Shown: positions 28,087 through 37,994, counted from the first letter of the stretch. The stretch is DNA of 64,000 nt from Stellaceae bacterium (GCA_035553515.1 DATNDG010000073.1:6034-70033); one strand, 5' to 3'. Numbers and translations: made by a program. Notes: generated by a model from the sequence alone, not told the origin.

Positions 28087-29553
28087 ATGAGCCCTCATCG
28101 CAGTGCCGCGGAAATTCGTGCCGGTCTCAATCATCCGATTGTCGATGCCGATGGCCACTGGGTCGAATACACCCCGGTCTTCGCCGAGCGCATGCGCAAG
28201 GTAGCAGGCGACAGGGCCGCAGATGGATTTCTCGTCGCGCAGCGGCGCATCCCGGATGCACTGCGCCTGACGCTCGCCGACCGCACGCAGCGCGGGATCG
28301 GCATGGAAGGCTACTGGACGCGCCAGTCCACCAACACCCGCGATCGCGCCACGGCGATGATGCCGCGCATGCTCTACGACCGGCTCGACGAGATCGGCAT
28401 CGATTTCGCCATCATCTATCCGACCGGCGGCCTCAGCATCCCGCGCATCGCCGACGGTGAGACGCGGCGGGCCGTGATCCGCGGCTTCAACATCGTCACG
28501 GCGGAATTCTTCGCCGGGCTCGGCGACCGATTGACCCCCGCCGCGGTCATCCCGATGCATACGCCCGAAGAGGCGATCGCCGAGCTCGACTTTGCGACGC
28601 GGGAGCTCGGCGCGAAGGTTGCAATGTTCGGCAGCAGCATTGCCCGGCTGATGCCGGCGGCTCAAGGCATCGACCCGGCGCTCGGCCGTTTTGCCGTTAC
28701 CTATGACCAGTTCGGGCTCGACAGCGCCTTCGACTACGACCCCGTCTGGCAGAGATGCCGCGAGCTCGGCATCGCGCCCACTTTTCACACTGGCGGCCGA
28801 AGCTTCGGGTTGCGCAATTCGCCCAGCAACTTCACCTATAATCATATCGGCCATTTCGCTGCCGCCGGCGAGGCCGTCGCCAAGGCGCTGTTCCTCGGCG
28901 GAGTGACGCGGCGCTTCCCCGATCTGCGCTTCGCCTTCCTCGAAGGCGGCGTCGGCTGGGGCTGCCAGCTCTTTTCCGATCTCATCGAGCATTGGGAGCG
29001 GCGCGGGCGCGACGGCATCGCCTATATGGACCCGGAGAAGCTCGACCGCGCGCTGCTGCGCAGCTTCGTCGAGAAATACGGCTATGAGGATATCGCCGCG
29101 GAACTCACGCGCCGCGATGGCTGGCCGAGCCTCGAGGAGGACCGGCTCACCGGCGGCGTGCCGGTGCTCGACGATTTCGCCGCTTGCGCCATCGCGCGCA
29201 AGGAGGACTGGATCGAGCTCTATGCCAGGCCGTTCTATTTCGGCTGCGAGGCCGACGACCGCATGAACGTGACGGCGTTCGGCCGCGCCAATCCCTTAGG
29301 CGCCCGGATCAACGCCATCTTCAGCTCCGATATCGGGCATTTCGACGTGCCGGACATGCTGCGTCCCTTGCCCGAGGCCTATGAGCTGGTGGAGGACGAG
29401 CTCATCACGCCGCAGGATTTCCGCGACTTCGCATTCGCCAATGCGGTGCGGCTCTGGGGCACGCAGAATCCACGCTTCTTCGAGGGCACCCTCGTCGCCG
29501 AGGCGGCCGCGGAGGTGCTGAGCGGCGCTCCCGCCCGCGCCGCCGCCGAATAG
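28087..29553 (+). CDS. amidohydrolase-2 (ACMSD-like metal-dependent hydrolase/decarboxylase) family protein
   Basis: 488 aa. N-terminal metal motif IVDADGHWVEY, internal ...PTFHTGG..., and C-terminal SSDIGHFD. Confidence 0.75.
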   Translation: MSPHRSAAEIRAGLNHPIVDADGHWVEYTPVFAERMRKVAGDRAADGFLVAQRRIPDALRLTLADRTQRGIGMEGYWTRQSTNTRDRATAMMPRMLYDRLDEIGIDFAIIYPTGGLSIPRIADGETRRAVIRGFNIVTAEFFAGLGDRLTPAAVIPMHTPEEAIAELDFATRELGAKVAMFGSSIARLMPAAQGIDPALGRFAVTYDQFGLDSAFDYDPVWQRCRELGIAPTFHTGGRSFGLRNSPSNFTYNHIGHFAAAGEAVAKALFLGGVTRRFPDLRFAFLEGGVGWGCQLFSDLIEHWERRGRDGIAYMDPEKLDRALLRSFVEKYGYEDIAAELTRRDGWPSLEEDRLTGGVPVLDDFAACAIARKEDWIELYARPFYFGCEADDRMNVTAFGRANPLGARINAIFSSDIGHFDVPDMLRPLPEAYELVEDELITPQDFRDFAFANAVRLWGTQNPRFFEGTLVAEAAAEVLSGAPARAAAE

Positions 29554-29559
29554 CCGCGC

Positions 29560-30795
29560 TCAACCGGCTTTCGCGCTCTCCGCCCAACGCTTCATCAGCG
29601 TGTTCGACGGCAGTTTCTCGTCGACCACCTTCTTCGCCGTCTCGATGCCGGCGGCGGGGACGAGCTTCGCATCGAGCAGCCCGATCTGCACCAGCACCGA
29701 GGCCTGATCCCAATAGATATGCTCGTGATAGAGCTTGTCGCCGCGGAAATTGATGATCGCCACCAACGGCACCTCGACATATTTCCCGGTCGGCTTGACC
29801 CCGGGCAGCATCCAGTCGATCTCGCGGTCATGGGTGAAGCAGAAAATCATCTCGTCGACCACGCGGTCGGCGCCGATGGTGCGCGAGATCGGAATGAGCC
29901 GCGTATCGGCCGGGTTCGCGTTGACGAAATGGTGCGTATAGAAGCGGCTCAGCTCCGTGGCGCCGACGCCGCCGGTCATGGTCGGCACGTGATTGACATA
30001 GGGCTCCGCCACCATGGTCGCCATGGTCGCCGGAACGTCGCGCGTGGCGAATTCGTGATAGCAATGCGCCTCCCAGAGCGCACTCAGATTGAACTGCGGC
30101 CCCAGCACCTTGCGGAAGAGCGCGATCGAGCGCGAATGCGCCATCATCGCCGCCGGCTTGTCGAAATTGCTGCCGCCCTTGCGCGAGAAAGCGTGGTCGA
30201 CGCCGGGATAGACATAGAGCTCGATCTCCGGGCGTCCCTCGAAAGCGCGCTTGATCGCGTTCACCACCTCGGGCGGCGTCCATTTGTCCTTCTCGGCGAT
30301 GTGCAGCACCATCGGGCAGGTGATCTTCGCGGCCTCGCCCAGCACGCCCTCGATGCCGACGCCGTAATAGGAGACCGCGCAATCGACCCCGAGCCGGGCC
30401 GCGGAGAGATAGGCGAGAAGCCCGCCGAGGCAGAAACCGATGGCGCCGATCTTGCCCTTGCATTGCGGGATCGCGCGCAGCGCGGCGATGGTGGCGCCGA
30501 TATCTTCGACGGCCTTGTCGACGTCGAGCTTGGCGCGATAGGCAAAGGCCTGCTGGCGCTCCTCCTCGCTGAAGCCCAGCTCGATGCCGGGCTCGATCCG
30601 CCAGAAGAGGTCAGGCGCCAGCACGACATAACCTTCCTCGGCATAGTGGTCGGCGACGCCGCGGATATAGCCGTTGACGCCAAAAATCTCCTGCAGCAGC
30701 ACGATGCCGGGCCCGCTGCCTTTCTCGGGTGCCGCGAGATAGGCCTTGAAGCTGCCGCCATCCTTCGCCTTCACCGCGACCCACCGACCCGCCAT
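29560..30795 (-). CDS. dienelactone hydrolase domain fused to SnoaL/NTF2-like domain
   Basis: ATG 30795 after the RBS aagggagg. The N-terminal ~235 aa has GPGIVLLQEIFG, GFCLGG (nucleophile Cys) and DHAF. The C-terminal ~175 aa ends ...LYHEHIYWDQASVLVQIGLL (ester-cyclase-like). Confidence 0.8.
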   Translation of the reverse strand: MAGRWVAVKAKDGGSFKAYLAAPEKGSGPGIVLLQEIFGVNGYIRGVADHYAEEGYVVLAPDLFWRIEPGIELGFSEEERQQAFAYRAKLDVDKAVEDIGATIAALRAIPQCKGKIGAIGFCLGGLLAYLSAARLGVDCAVSYYGVGIEGVLGEAAKITCPMVLHIAEKDKWTPPEVVNAIKRAFEGRPEIELYVYPGVDHAFSRKGGSNFDKPAAMMAHSRSIALFRKVLGPQFNLSALWEAHCYHEFATRDVPATMATMVAEPYVNHVPTMTGGVGATELSRFYTHHFVNANPADTRLIPISRTIGADRVVDEMIFCFTHDREIDWMLPGVKPTGKYVEVPLVAIINFRGDKLYHEHIYWDQASVLVQIGLLDAKLVPAAGIETAKKVVDEKLPSNTLMKRWAESAKAG

Positions 30796-31004
30796 CACCG
30801 CCTCCCTTGGACCGTTTGGCGCAAGGCTACCGTTTCCGCCGGCGCTTGGGGAGTGGGTCGGAGCGCAGCGCCTGAGGGGTGCTGTGCTATGCTGGCGGCA
30901 GCAGCGCGCCAACGGCGGCCGCGCTCTCGCCTCGCACTCCGTCAATGAGGTAGAAGAAAAAAACTCTCATTGATGTACATCACTGACGTACCTCCCGCGG
31001 TGGG

Positions 31005-31667
31005 TCAGTCGAATGCGCCGCTCGTCACGCGCTCGACCCCTGCGGCGGCCATGCTCTGAAAGGCCGCCGCGAGCGAGCCGGCGAGGTCGATGCCGCGGCA
31101 GCCATCCTCGATCACCACGACCTCGAAGCCGAGACGGCGCGCATCGACCGCCGAATAGTGCACGCAGAAATCGGTGGCAAGCCCGGCCAGGAAGACGCGG
31201 GTGAAGCCACGATCGCGCAGATATCCCGCAAGTCCGGTCGGCGTCCGCCGGTCGTTCTCGTAGAAGGCCGAATAGGAATCGATCTCCCGTCGGAAGCCCT
31301 TGCGCACCACCAGCTCGGCGCGCGGCAGGCTGAGCCGCGGATGGAACGCCGCGCCCTTCGTCTCCTGCACGCAGTGATCCGGCCAGAGCGTCTGCGCCCC
31401 ATAGGAGAACTCGACCGTGTCGAAGGGCTTGCGGCCGGGATGCGCGCTCGCGAAAGAGCGGTGGTCGCGCGGATGCCAATCCTGCGTCAGCACGATATGC
31501 GCGAAACCTTCGGCGAGCCGGTTCACCACCGGCACCACGTGATCGCCTCCGGGCACGGCGAGCGCGCCGCCCTGACAGAAATCGTTCTGCACATCGACGA
31601 CCAGCAGCAGATCGCTCGCGCCGGGGACGCATCGGCTCGCTCCTTCTCGCGCGGCGAACGCTAGCAT
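31005..31667 (-). CDS. pncA: nicotinamidase/pyrazinamidase
   Basis: ATG 31667. LLLVVDVQNDFC, TQDWHPRDHRSF, GLATDFCV (catalytic Cys). Confidence 0.85.
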   Translation of the reverse strand: MLAFAAREGASRCVPGASDLLLVVDVQNDFCQGGALAVPGGDHVVPVVNRLAEGFAHIVLTQDWHPRDHRSFASAHPGRKPFDTVEFSYGAQTLWPDHCVQETKGAAFHPRLSLPRAELVVRKGFRREIDSYSAFYENDRRTPTGLAGYLRDRGFTRVFLAGLATDFCVHYSAVDARRLGFEVVVIEDGCRGIDLAGSLAAAFQSMAAAGVERVTSGAFD

Positions 31668-31760
31668 GCACGGCGGAAGGCTTCCAATGGCCCGGCCCGG
31701 CGCTTGCTTTCCCGGCGGCTTCACCGCAGCCTAGGCGGCGACAACCAAGGGGAGGAAGGA

Positions 31761-32732
31761 ATGCCGTCCTGGCCTTATGTGAAAGGCGTGCAGGATCTCG
31801 GATCCGGTTGCTTCGCCTATCTGCAACCCGACGGCACCTGGGGCTGGAGCAATGCCGGCCTCGTCACCGACAGCGGCGAGAGCCTGCTGGTCGACACGCT
31901 CTTCGACCTCAAATGCACGCGCGAGATGCTGGCGGGATTTCGTGCCGCGGCGCCGGCCGCACAGCGCATCGGCACTCTGGTCAACACGCATTCGAACGGC
32001 GACCACACTTTCGGCAACCAGCTCGTCGCCGGCGCGGAGATCATCGCCTCCCGCGCCTGCGCCGAAGAGATGCGGCAGCGGCCACCCGAAGAGCTGGCGG
32101 CGATGATGCGCAATTGGCGTGCGCTGGGCCCGGGTCCCGCCTTCTTCCACGAGGTGATGGGAACGCGTTTCGATTTCGAGGGCATCGCGCTGACGCTTCC
32201 CACCCGCACCTTCGAGCGAGCGCTGACGCTGCATGTCGGCAGGAAGGAGGTGCGCCTGGTCGAGGTCGGGCCAGCGCATACCGGCGGCGACGTCATCGTC
32301 TATGTGCCGCAGGATCGCACCGTCTTCACCGGCGACATCCTCTTCGTCAACGGCCATCCCGTGCTCTGGGCCGGACCGGTGGCCAACTGGCTCAGGGCCT
32401 GCGAACTCATCCTCGGCTGGGACGTCGAGACGGTGGTGCCCGGCCACGGCCCGATCACCGACAAGTCCGGCGTGCGCGCGATGAAGCGCTATCTCGAATA
32501 TATCCGCGACGAGGCGCGCAAGCGCTTCGATGCCGGCATGGGCTATGAGGAGGCGGCGCGCGACATCTCGCTCGCGCCCTTCGCCCAATGGACCGATCCG
32601 GAGCGGATCCTGGTCAACGTCCATGCGCTCTATCGCGAATTCGCGCAGGACCGGTCGCCGCCCGACGCCATGGCGCTCTTCGCGGCGATGGGACGCTATC
32701 ACCACGAGCAGCGGCGCGGCGCCGCGCAATAA
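31761..32732 (+). CDS. MBL-fold metallo-hydrolase
   Basis: ATG 31761 after ggggaggaagga. The motif NTHSNGDH is an HxHxDH variant with Asn at the second His. Also HTGGD and PGHGP. Confidence 0.8.
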   Translation: MPSWPYVKGVQDLGSGCFAYLQPDGTWGWSNAGLVTDSGESLLVDTLFDLKCTREMLAGFRAAAPAAQRIGTLVNTHSNGDHTFGNQLVAGAEIIASRACAEEMRQRPPEELAAMMRNWRALGPGPAFFHEVMGTRFDFEGIALTLPTRTFERALTLHVGRKEVRLVEVGPAHTGGDVIVYVPQDRTVFTGDILFVNGHPVLWAGPVANWLRACELILGWDVETVVPGHGPITDKSGVRAMKRYLEYIRDEARKRFDAGMGYEEAARDISLAPFAQWTDPERILVNVHALYREFAQDRSPPDAMALFAAMGRYHHEQRRGAAQ

Positions 32733-32743
32733 GGGAGATTGCA

Positions 32744-33676
32744 ATGAAGCTCGTCACCTTTGAGAGCAGGGGTGCGCGGCACATCGGCGCGCTGCTTCCC
32801 GGGGAAAGCGAGGTGGTCGATTTCACCGCCAGCGATCCGGCGCCCTGGTTTCGCGACATGCTGTCGCTGATCGACGGCGGCGAGCCGGCGCTCGAGCGCG
32901 CGCGCGAGCTGCTGCGCGTCGCGCCGCAGCGCGTGCCGCTCACCGCCCTGCGGCTCCTCGCACCGGTACCGGAACCGCGGCAGATGCGCGACTTCCTGGT
33001 GTTCGAGCAGCATATCCGCAACGCGCGCGCGATCACCCCCACCTTCCGCGGCGGCGAGCGTCTCGACCCCGCCAAGGTCGAGGTGCCCAAGGTCTGGTAC
33101 GAGCAGCCGATCTATTACAAGTGCAACCGGTTCAGCGTCATTGGCACTGGCACGGACGTTCTCTGGCCGCGCTATTGCCAGAAGCTCGACTACGAGCTCG
33201 AATTCGGCATCTTCCTCGGCAAGACCGGCAAGAACATCGCCCGCGAGGCGGCGCGCGGCTACATCTTCGGCTTTTGCATCTTCAATGACGTCAGCGCCCG
33301 CGACGCGCAGATGCGTGAGATGCAGGGACAGCTCGGGCCGGCCAAGGGCAAGGATTTCGACACCGGCAATATCCTCGGGCCGTGGCTGGTGACCGCCGAC
33401 GAGGTCGCTGATCCCTACAGCCTCACCATGGTGGCGCGGATCAATGGCGAGGAATGGTCGCGCGGCAACAGCGGCAGGATGCAGCATAAATTCGAGGACA
33501 TGATCGCTCATGTCTCGAAGGACGAGACGCTCCACGCGGGCGAATTCTTCGGCTCCGGCACGGTCGGCTTTGGCTGCGGCCTGGAGCAGGGGCGCTTCCT
33601 GAAGCCGGGCGACACCGTTGAGCTCGAGGTCGAAGGCCTCGGCACGTTGCGCAATCGCGTCGTGGCGCAGGGCTGA
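32744..33676 (+). CDS. fumarylacetoacetate hydrolase (FAH) family protein
   Basis: ATG 32744 after aagggag. LDYELEFGIFLGK, FCIFNDVSARD, KGKDFDT. Confidence 0.88.
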   Translation: MKLVTFESRGARHIGALLPGESEVVDFTASDPAPWFRDMLSLIDGGEPALERARELLRVAPQRVPLTALRLLAPVPEPRQMRDFLVFEQHIRNARAITPTFRGGERLDPAKVEVPKVWYEQPIYYKCNRFSVIGTGTDVLWPRYCQKLDYELEFGIFLGKTGKNIAREAARGYIFGFCIFNDVSARDAQMREMQGQLGPAKGKDFDTGNILGPWLVTADEVADPYSLTMVARINGEEWSRGNSGRMQHKFEDMIAHVSKDETLHAGEFFGSGTVGFGCGLEQGRFLKPGDTVELEVEGLGTLRNRVVAQG

Positions 33677-33761
33677 CGCCCGGCGCAGCCGCCCACCCAC
33701 TGTTGTCGCGAGGCCGTGGGTTGAGCGCCGCCGTTTGCCAAGGGAGCATTGCGGAGATCCC

Positions 33762-34511
33762 ATGGCAGACCACCCTTCTCTGACGGCGCGCCGCGTCCTC
33801 GTCGGCGCCGCGCTCACCGCGGTCGGCGGCTTCGTCGATTGCTTCAGCTATCTCGCCTTGCGCAACGTCTATGCCGCTACGATGAGCGGCAATACCGTGG
33901 CGATCGCGGTGCACGCCGGGATCGGCGAAAGCGCTCCCGCCCTCCTTCACGCATACACGGTCGGCGTCTTCGTCGCCGGACTGCTGCTGAGCGCGATTGC
34001 CATCGAAGCGGCACTCCGCCGCGGCATTCGCCATGTGCTGGCGCTGGCGCTCGCCATCGAGATCGCTTGCCTGGCGGCGCTGGCGCTCTGGGGTGCGCCG
34101 CTGCTTGCTGCCGGGGCGGAAGGGACGGCGAGCCATCCTCGCTGGCCACTCTATGCGCTGCTCGCGCTCGCCGCCATCGCCATGGGAACCCAGAACACGT
34201 CGCTGCGCATGGCCGGCATCCTCGCCATCTTCACCACGCATGTGACGGGAACGCTCACGCATTTCGGCGAGCAGTTCGCCAATTTCCTGTTCGTGCGCCG
34301 GCGTGAGAACTCTCGCGCGATGCTGGCGCATGCCTGTTTTTCCGCCACGCTCTGGCTCGCTTTTCTCCTCGGCGCACTTGCCGCCAGTGAGTTGCTGCCG
34401 CTCTGGGGAGCAGCAAAGGAACTTGCCCTGCCAATCAGCGTCCTCGTTCTGGTCATCGCCGCCGATATCAGACGGCCCTTCGCTGAACCGCGCCGCGCGC
34501 CGATCACCTAA
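33762..34511 (+). CDS. DUF1275 (YoaK-like) membrane protein
   Basis: ATG 33762. GGFVDCFSYLAL...ATMSGNTV...GTQNTS...TTHVTGT. Confidence 0.8.
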   Translation: MADHPSLTARRVLVGAALTAVGGFVDCFSYLALRNVYAATMSGNTVAIAVHAGIGESAPALLHAYTVGVFVAGLLLSAIAIEAALRRGIRHVLALALAIEIACLAALALWGAPLLAAGAEGTASHPRWPLYALLALAAIAMGTQNTSLRMAGILAIFTTHVTGTLTHFGEQFANFLFVRRRENSRAMLAHACFSATLWLAFLLGALAASELLPLWGAAKELALPISVLVLVIAADIRRPFAEPRRAPIT

Positions 34512-34714
34512 TGCGCGCGCCGGGGCGCCAGAGCAATCGCCAAGCCAAGCGCCACCGCACCGAGCAGCGCCGCGCCGGCGAGCGCCGGCAGTCGAGGCGG
34601 CGCCTCGATCTGCGTATGGCCATGCTCCGGATACTGGCCGGCAGGCGGCCCAGACTCACCCTTGCGAAAACCCTCGACGAGCCCGTCGATGACGTCGGAA
34701 TCGGTTGCGGTCAT
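34508..34714 (-). CDS. small hypothetical membrane-anchored protein
   Basis: 68-aa ORF with a single C-terminal hydrophobic segment (LPALAGAALLGAVALGLAIALA). No recognised family. Confidence 0.3.
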   Translation of the reverse strand: MTATDSDVIDGLVEGFRKGESGPPAGQYPEHGHTQIEAPPRLPALAGAALLGAVALGLAIALAPRRAH

Positions 34715-35050
34715 GGTGTCGCCCAGATCCGGTAGATGTCGTTCAGCGGCAGCGCCTGCTTACGGATCCCCCGAGCGCCAGTGTTGGCTCTACCCGCTCT
34801 CGATGTTCCCTGTCCGTTGATTTGGAATCGTGGCGAAGTCCTGAAAGTTCAAGATTCAACTCAGAGAGCAGCGCCTTGGCACCCACAGGACAGTCGCGAC
34901 GAATGGTTTCACGCTCGTCCGCTTTTCGACTCAGCCGGCAATGACCCCGCGCGCGCTAATTTCACTGCGGATTCCGGATGAGCGAGCGCTTCCCGGAGCA
35001 TTGTCGTTCTCCATCTTGGTTGACATCCGGCTTCTCATTCAAATCGTCCC

Positions 35051-35797
35051 ATGTCGTGTCCATCGTTGGTCTTATGTTCGGTCCTAGCTGCGGCACTTGC
35101 CGGGGCGGTTCCGAGTATTCCTGCACTCGCCGCAACCGCCCCCGGCACACCGGCTCAGACCTTTGCGCAGCCGGCCAATGCGGCCCTGCATGAAAACGCC
35201 GTCGAAATCCACGATTTCGAGCAAGTGCCGATCTCGCTGCGCCAGGCGATTACGACGGCCGAGGCCGCGTCGCGCGCAAAGGCGGTCGACGCACGCTTCG
35301 CCGTCGAGAACGGCGCGCCGTTTTACGACATCAAGACTTTTGGCAACGGTGCGCTTTGGGAAGGCCGGATAGACGCCCGCACCGGTCAGATACTCGGCAC
35401 TCCGCTCACTACACCGCAAGCCCGGCTCAGCGATGGACAGCTGACGCAACTTCACTGGCTCGAAGACACGGGCGCCATGCCCTTGCGACGCGCCGTAGCG
35501 ATCGCCGAGCAACAGGGCGGCGGAAAGGCGATTAACAGCGTGGCGATCTCGCATCAGGGCAAGCTCGCCTATGCCACCGAGCTGGTGAAGAACGGCACGC
35601 TCGAGCGGATAAGCATCGACCCCCAGAACGGCCGGATCCTTGCCCGCCGCGCGATTCGCCCGGGTGGAACTGAAATGGGATCGGGCAGCTCTCTGCCGCC
35701 CGCGCCGACCGCCACGCTGCCGAACGGCGACAGCACCGACAAGAGCCTCGGCGTTGCGCCGCCCGGTGCTTCGCTCGAGAACAGCCCGCCGAAGTAG
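35051..35797 (+). CDS. secreted tandem PepSY-domain protein
   Basis: 248 aa with signal peptide MSCPSLVLCSVLAAALAGAVPSIPALA. Two PepSY-like repeats (...ISLRQAITTAEAA...; ...MPLRRAVAIAEQQ...). Confidence 0.7.
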   Translation: MSCPSLVLCSVLAAALAGAVPSIPALAATAPGTPAQTFAQPANAALHENAVEIHDFEQVPISLRQAITTAEAASRAKAVDARFAVENGAPFYDIKTFGNGALWEGRIDARTGQILGTPLTTPQARLSDGQLTQLHWLEDTGAMPLRRAVAIAEQQGGGKAINSVAISHQGKLAYATELVKNGTLERISIDPQNGRILARRAIRPGGTEMGSGSSLPPAPTATLPNGDSTDKSLGVAPPGASLENSPPK

Positions 35798-35812
35798 CAG
35801 CGGGCGCCGCGC

Positions 35813-36658
35813 TCAGAAACCCGCGGGATCGAGCGGGTGCAGATCGAAGCCCGCCTTGCGCGCGATCTTCCGTGCCGCCTCGACGGGTGGCAACGCCTTG
35901 TCCCAGGTGAGCGCGTCGAAGCGATAGCCGTTGATCGCATCGGCCTCCGACGAGACGAGCCAGAGCAGCGGCGCCACCATCTCATCCGGCTCGACGAAGC
36001 GCGGCAGGCGCCCGGCGCGGCTTGCGGCGCTCGCCTCCGCCGCCATGCCGGGAGTATGTGCGCCGGCACCCGGGTTGAGGATGTTGACCGTGACGCCGGT
36101 CCCGGCCATCTCCTGCGCCCAAATCTCGGTCGCTATCTCGAGCGCCGCCTTGGACGCACCATAGGGACCGGAAGTCGGACGGTTCATCGTGTCGAGCTTG
36201 GTCGTGACGTTGATGATGCGGCCCCAGCCTTGCTTTGCCAGCAGCGGCGCCGCGCGGCGTGCCATCTGATCGGCCGCGACGTAGTTGGTATCCATGACGT
36301 TCTGCACGATCTCGTCCTTGAGCTCCCAGAATTTGGGCTTCTGCGGACGCCGATAGAGGTCGGGCCAGATATACGTGAAGGTGAGGCCGGCATTGTTGAT
36401 CAGGATGTGCAGGCGGCCGAAACGCGACAGCGCCGCCGCGACGGCGCGGTCGCACTCGGCCGGCCGGCGCAGATCCGCCACCAGCGGGACCAGGTTCTCG
36501 CCGAGCGGCGAGCCGGCGATCTCCCGGCTCATCCGCTCGGCATCGTCGGCGATGTGGCCGACCGCCAGCACCTGACCACCGCTGCGCGCCAGCGCGAGCG
36601 CCATGGCCCGGCCGAGCCCGCTAAGCCCGCCGGTGACGATCGCCGCGCGTCCGATCAC
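35813..36658 (-). CDS. SDR family oxidoreductase
   Basis: 281 aa. TGGLSGLGRA, NNAG, and YGASKAAL (catalytic YxxxK). Confidence 0.88.
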   Translation of the reverse strand: MIGRAAIVTGGLSGLGRAMALALARSGGQVLAVGHIADDAERMSREIAGSPLGENLVPLVADLRRPAECDRAVAAALSRFGRLHILINNAGLTFTYIWPDLYRRPQKPKFWELKDEIVQNVMDTNYVAADQMARRAAPLLAKQGWGRIINVTTKLDTMNRPTSGPYGASKAALEIATEIWAQEMAGTGVTVNILNPGAGAHTPGMAAEASAASRAGRLPRFVEPDEMVAPLLWLVSSEADAINGYRFDALTWDKALPPVEAARKIARKAGFDLHPLDPAGF

Positions 36659-36674
36659 CGCCTGCCTCCGCTGC

Positions 36675-37931
36675 CTAGTGCTTGGCGCTGGAATAGGGGT
36701 ATTCGAGCTTCCCCGATTTCAGCTCCGGCGGATAGAGGATGACCTGGTGGCCGGGCTCGCTGAACTGCTTCATCCCGTGGCCCTGGATGTTCTGGTATTG
36801 GATGGTGATGATGCGCGGCTTCGCCCATTCGCCGTCCGGACCGAACTTGATGTCGCCGACGACCGTCTTGAAGGTCGCTTTGTGGATGTAATCGGCGAGC
36901 TTGTCCTGATCGAGACTGCCGACCGCGGTGACCGCCTCCTGCAGCACCTGCATCGTCGCATAGGTGAAGGGCGGCACGTAATAGCCCAAGGGATCGACGC
37001 CGGCAGCGCCCGCTTTCGCCTGGTATTTCTTGATGAACTCGTCAGTGCCCGGGAAGTGCATGGTGGGTTCGTGCACGAAGAGCTCATAGCAGACGATGCC
37101 GTTGAGCTGGGGCCCGAGCTGCATCTTGATCGTGCCGGTTTGGAGGCCGACCATCGGACCGCCGAAGATCTTCGCCTTGAGCCCGACCTCCTGTGCGGCG
37201 CGAAGGAAGCCCGCGGTATCTGCAGGGTATGAGGCCACCATGATGATGTCGGGATTGGTGGCGTTGATCGACTGCACGATCGGCGTGAAGTCGACAGTAT
37301 TGGGCGGATAGGTCCGGTCGTAGACGGTCTTGAGGCCGAGGCGCTTGATCTGCGTGCGCGCACCTTCGAGCGCGCCTTTGGAGAATTCCGCATCGGCGCC
37401 GACGATAGCCACCGTCTTCGGCTTCGGATTGATCGTCATCGCGGTCTCGAAGAAGCCGCGCGTCAGCGAATCGCGTCCGTCGGGGCCGTAGGGCATGGTC
37501 TGGAAGAAACGCTTGTAGTGGAAGTGGTCGTTGACCGCGAGCGCCAAGGTCACCATCACGACCTTGTTATGCTCCATGATCGTCGGCAGGGCCGGCGTCG
37601 TGATGTTGGTGCCCTGCGCGAAGAGCAGATCTACGTGATCGACGTCGAGCAGCTTGGCATAGATGCCGGGCACCAGGGCCGGGTTGCTCTGATCGTCGTA
37701 ATAGACGAGCTCGACCTTGCGCCCGAGCAGCCCGCCATGACTGTTGACGTCATTGGCCCAAATCTGTTGTGTCACAAGCGCTTGCTTGCCGTAGCCGGCA
37801 AGGCCGCCGGTGAGCTCGGCGGAGAAACCGACCTTGATCGGATCAGCGGCCTGTGCCGGCGATACCGCAGCGGCGGCGAGCACGACAAGCGGCACGAGCC
37901 GCAACCAGTGCTTGGCTCTCAAACGAAGCAT
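36675..37931 (-). CDS. ABC transporter substrate-binding protein (LivJ/HAAT type)
   Basis: ATG 37931 after gagggaggg. Signal peptide MLRLRAKHWLRLVPLVVLAAAAVSPAQA. IKVGFSAELTGG. The track ORF extends to 37961. Confidence 0.85.
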   Translation of the reverse strand: MLRLRAKHWLRLVPLVVLAAAAVSPAQAADPIKVGFSAELTGGLAGYGKQALVTQQIWANDVNSHGGLLGRKVELVYYDDQSNPALVPGIYAKLLDVDHVDLLFAQGTNITTPALPTIMEHNKVVMVTLALAVNDHFHYKRFFQTMPYGPDGRDSLTRGFFETAMTINPKPKTVAIVGADAEFSKGALEGARTQIKRLGLKTVYDRTYPPNTVDFTPIVQSINATNPDIIMVASYPADTAGFLRAAQEVGLKAKIFGGPMVGLQTGTIKMQLGPQLNGIVCYELFVHEPTMHFPGTDEFIKKYQAKAGAAGVDPLGYYVPPFTYATMQVLQEAVTAVGSLDQDKLADYIHKATFKTVVGDIKFGPDGEWAKPRIITIQYQNIQGHGMKQFSEPGHQVILYPPELKSGKLEYPYSSAKH

Positions 37932-37994
37932 CAGACTTTCCCTCCCTCTTGATCTCGGCATGTGCCGCCCCCGGACGGAGGCGTCGCCGGTTGC

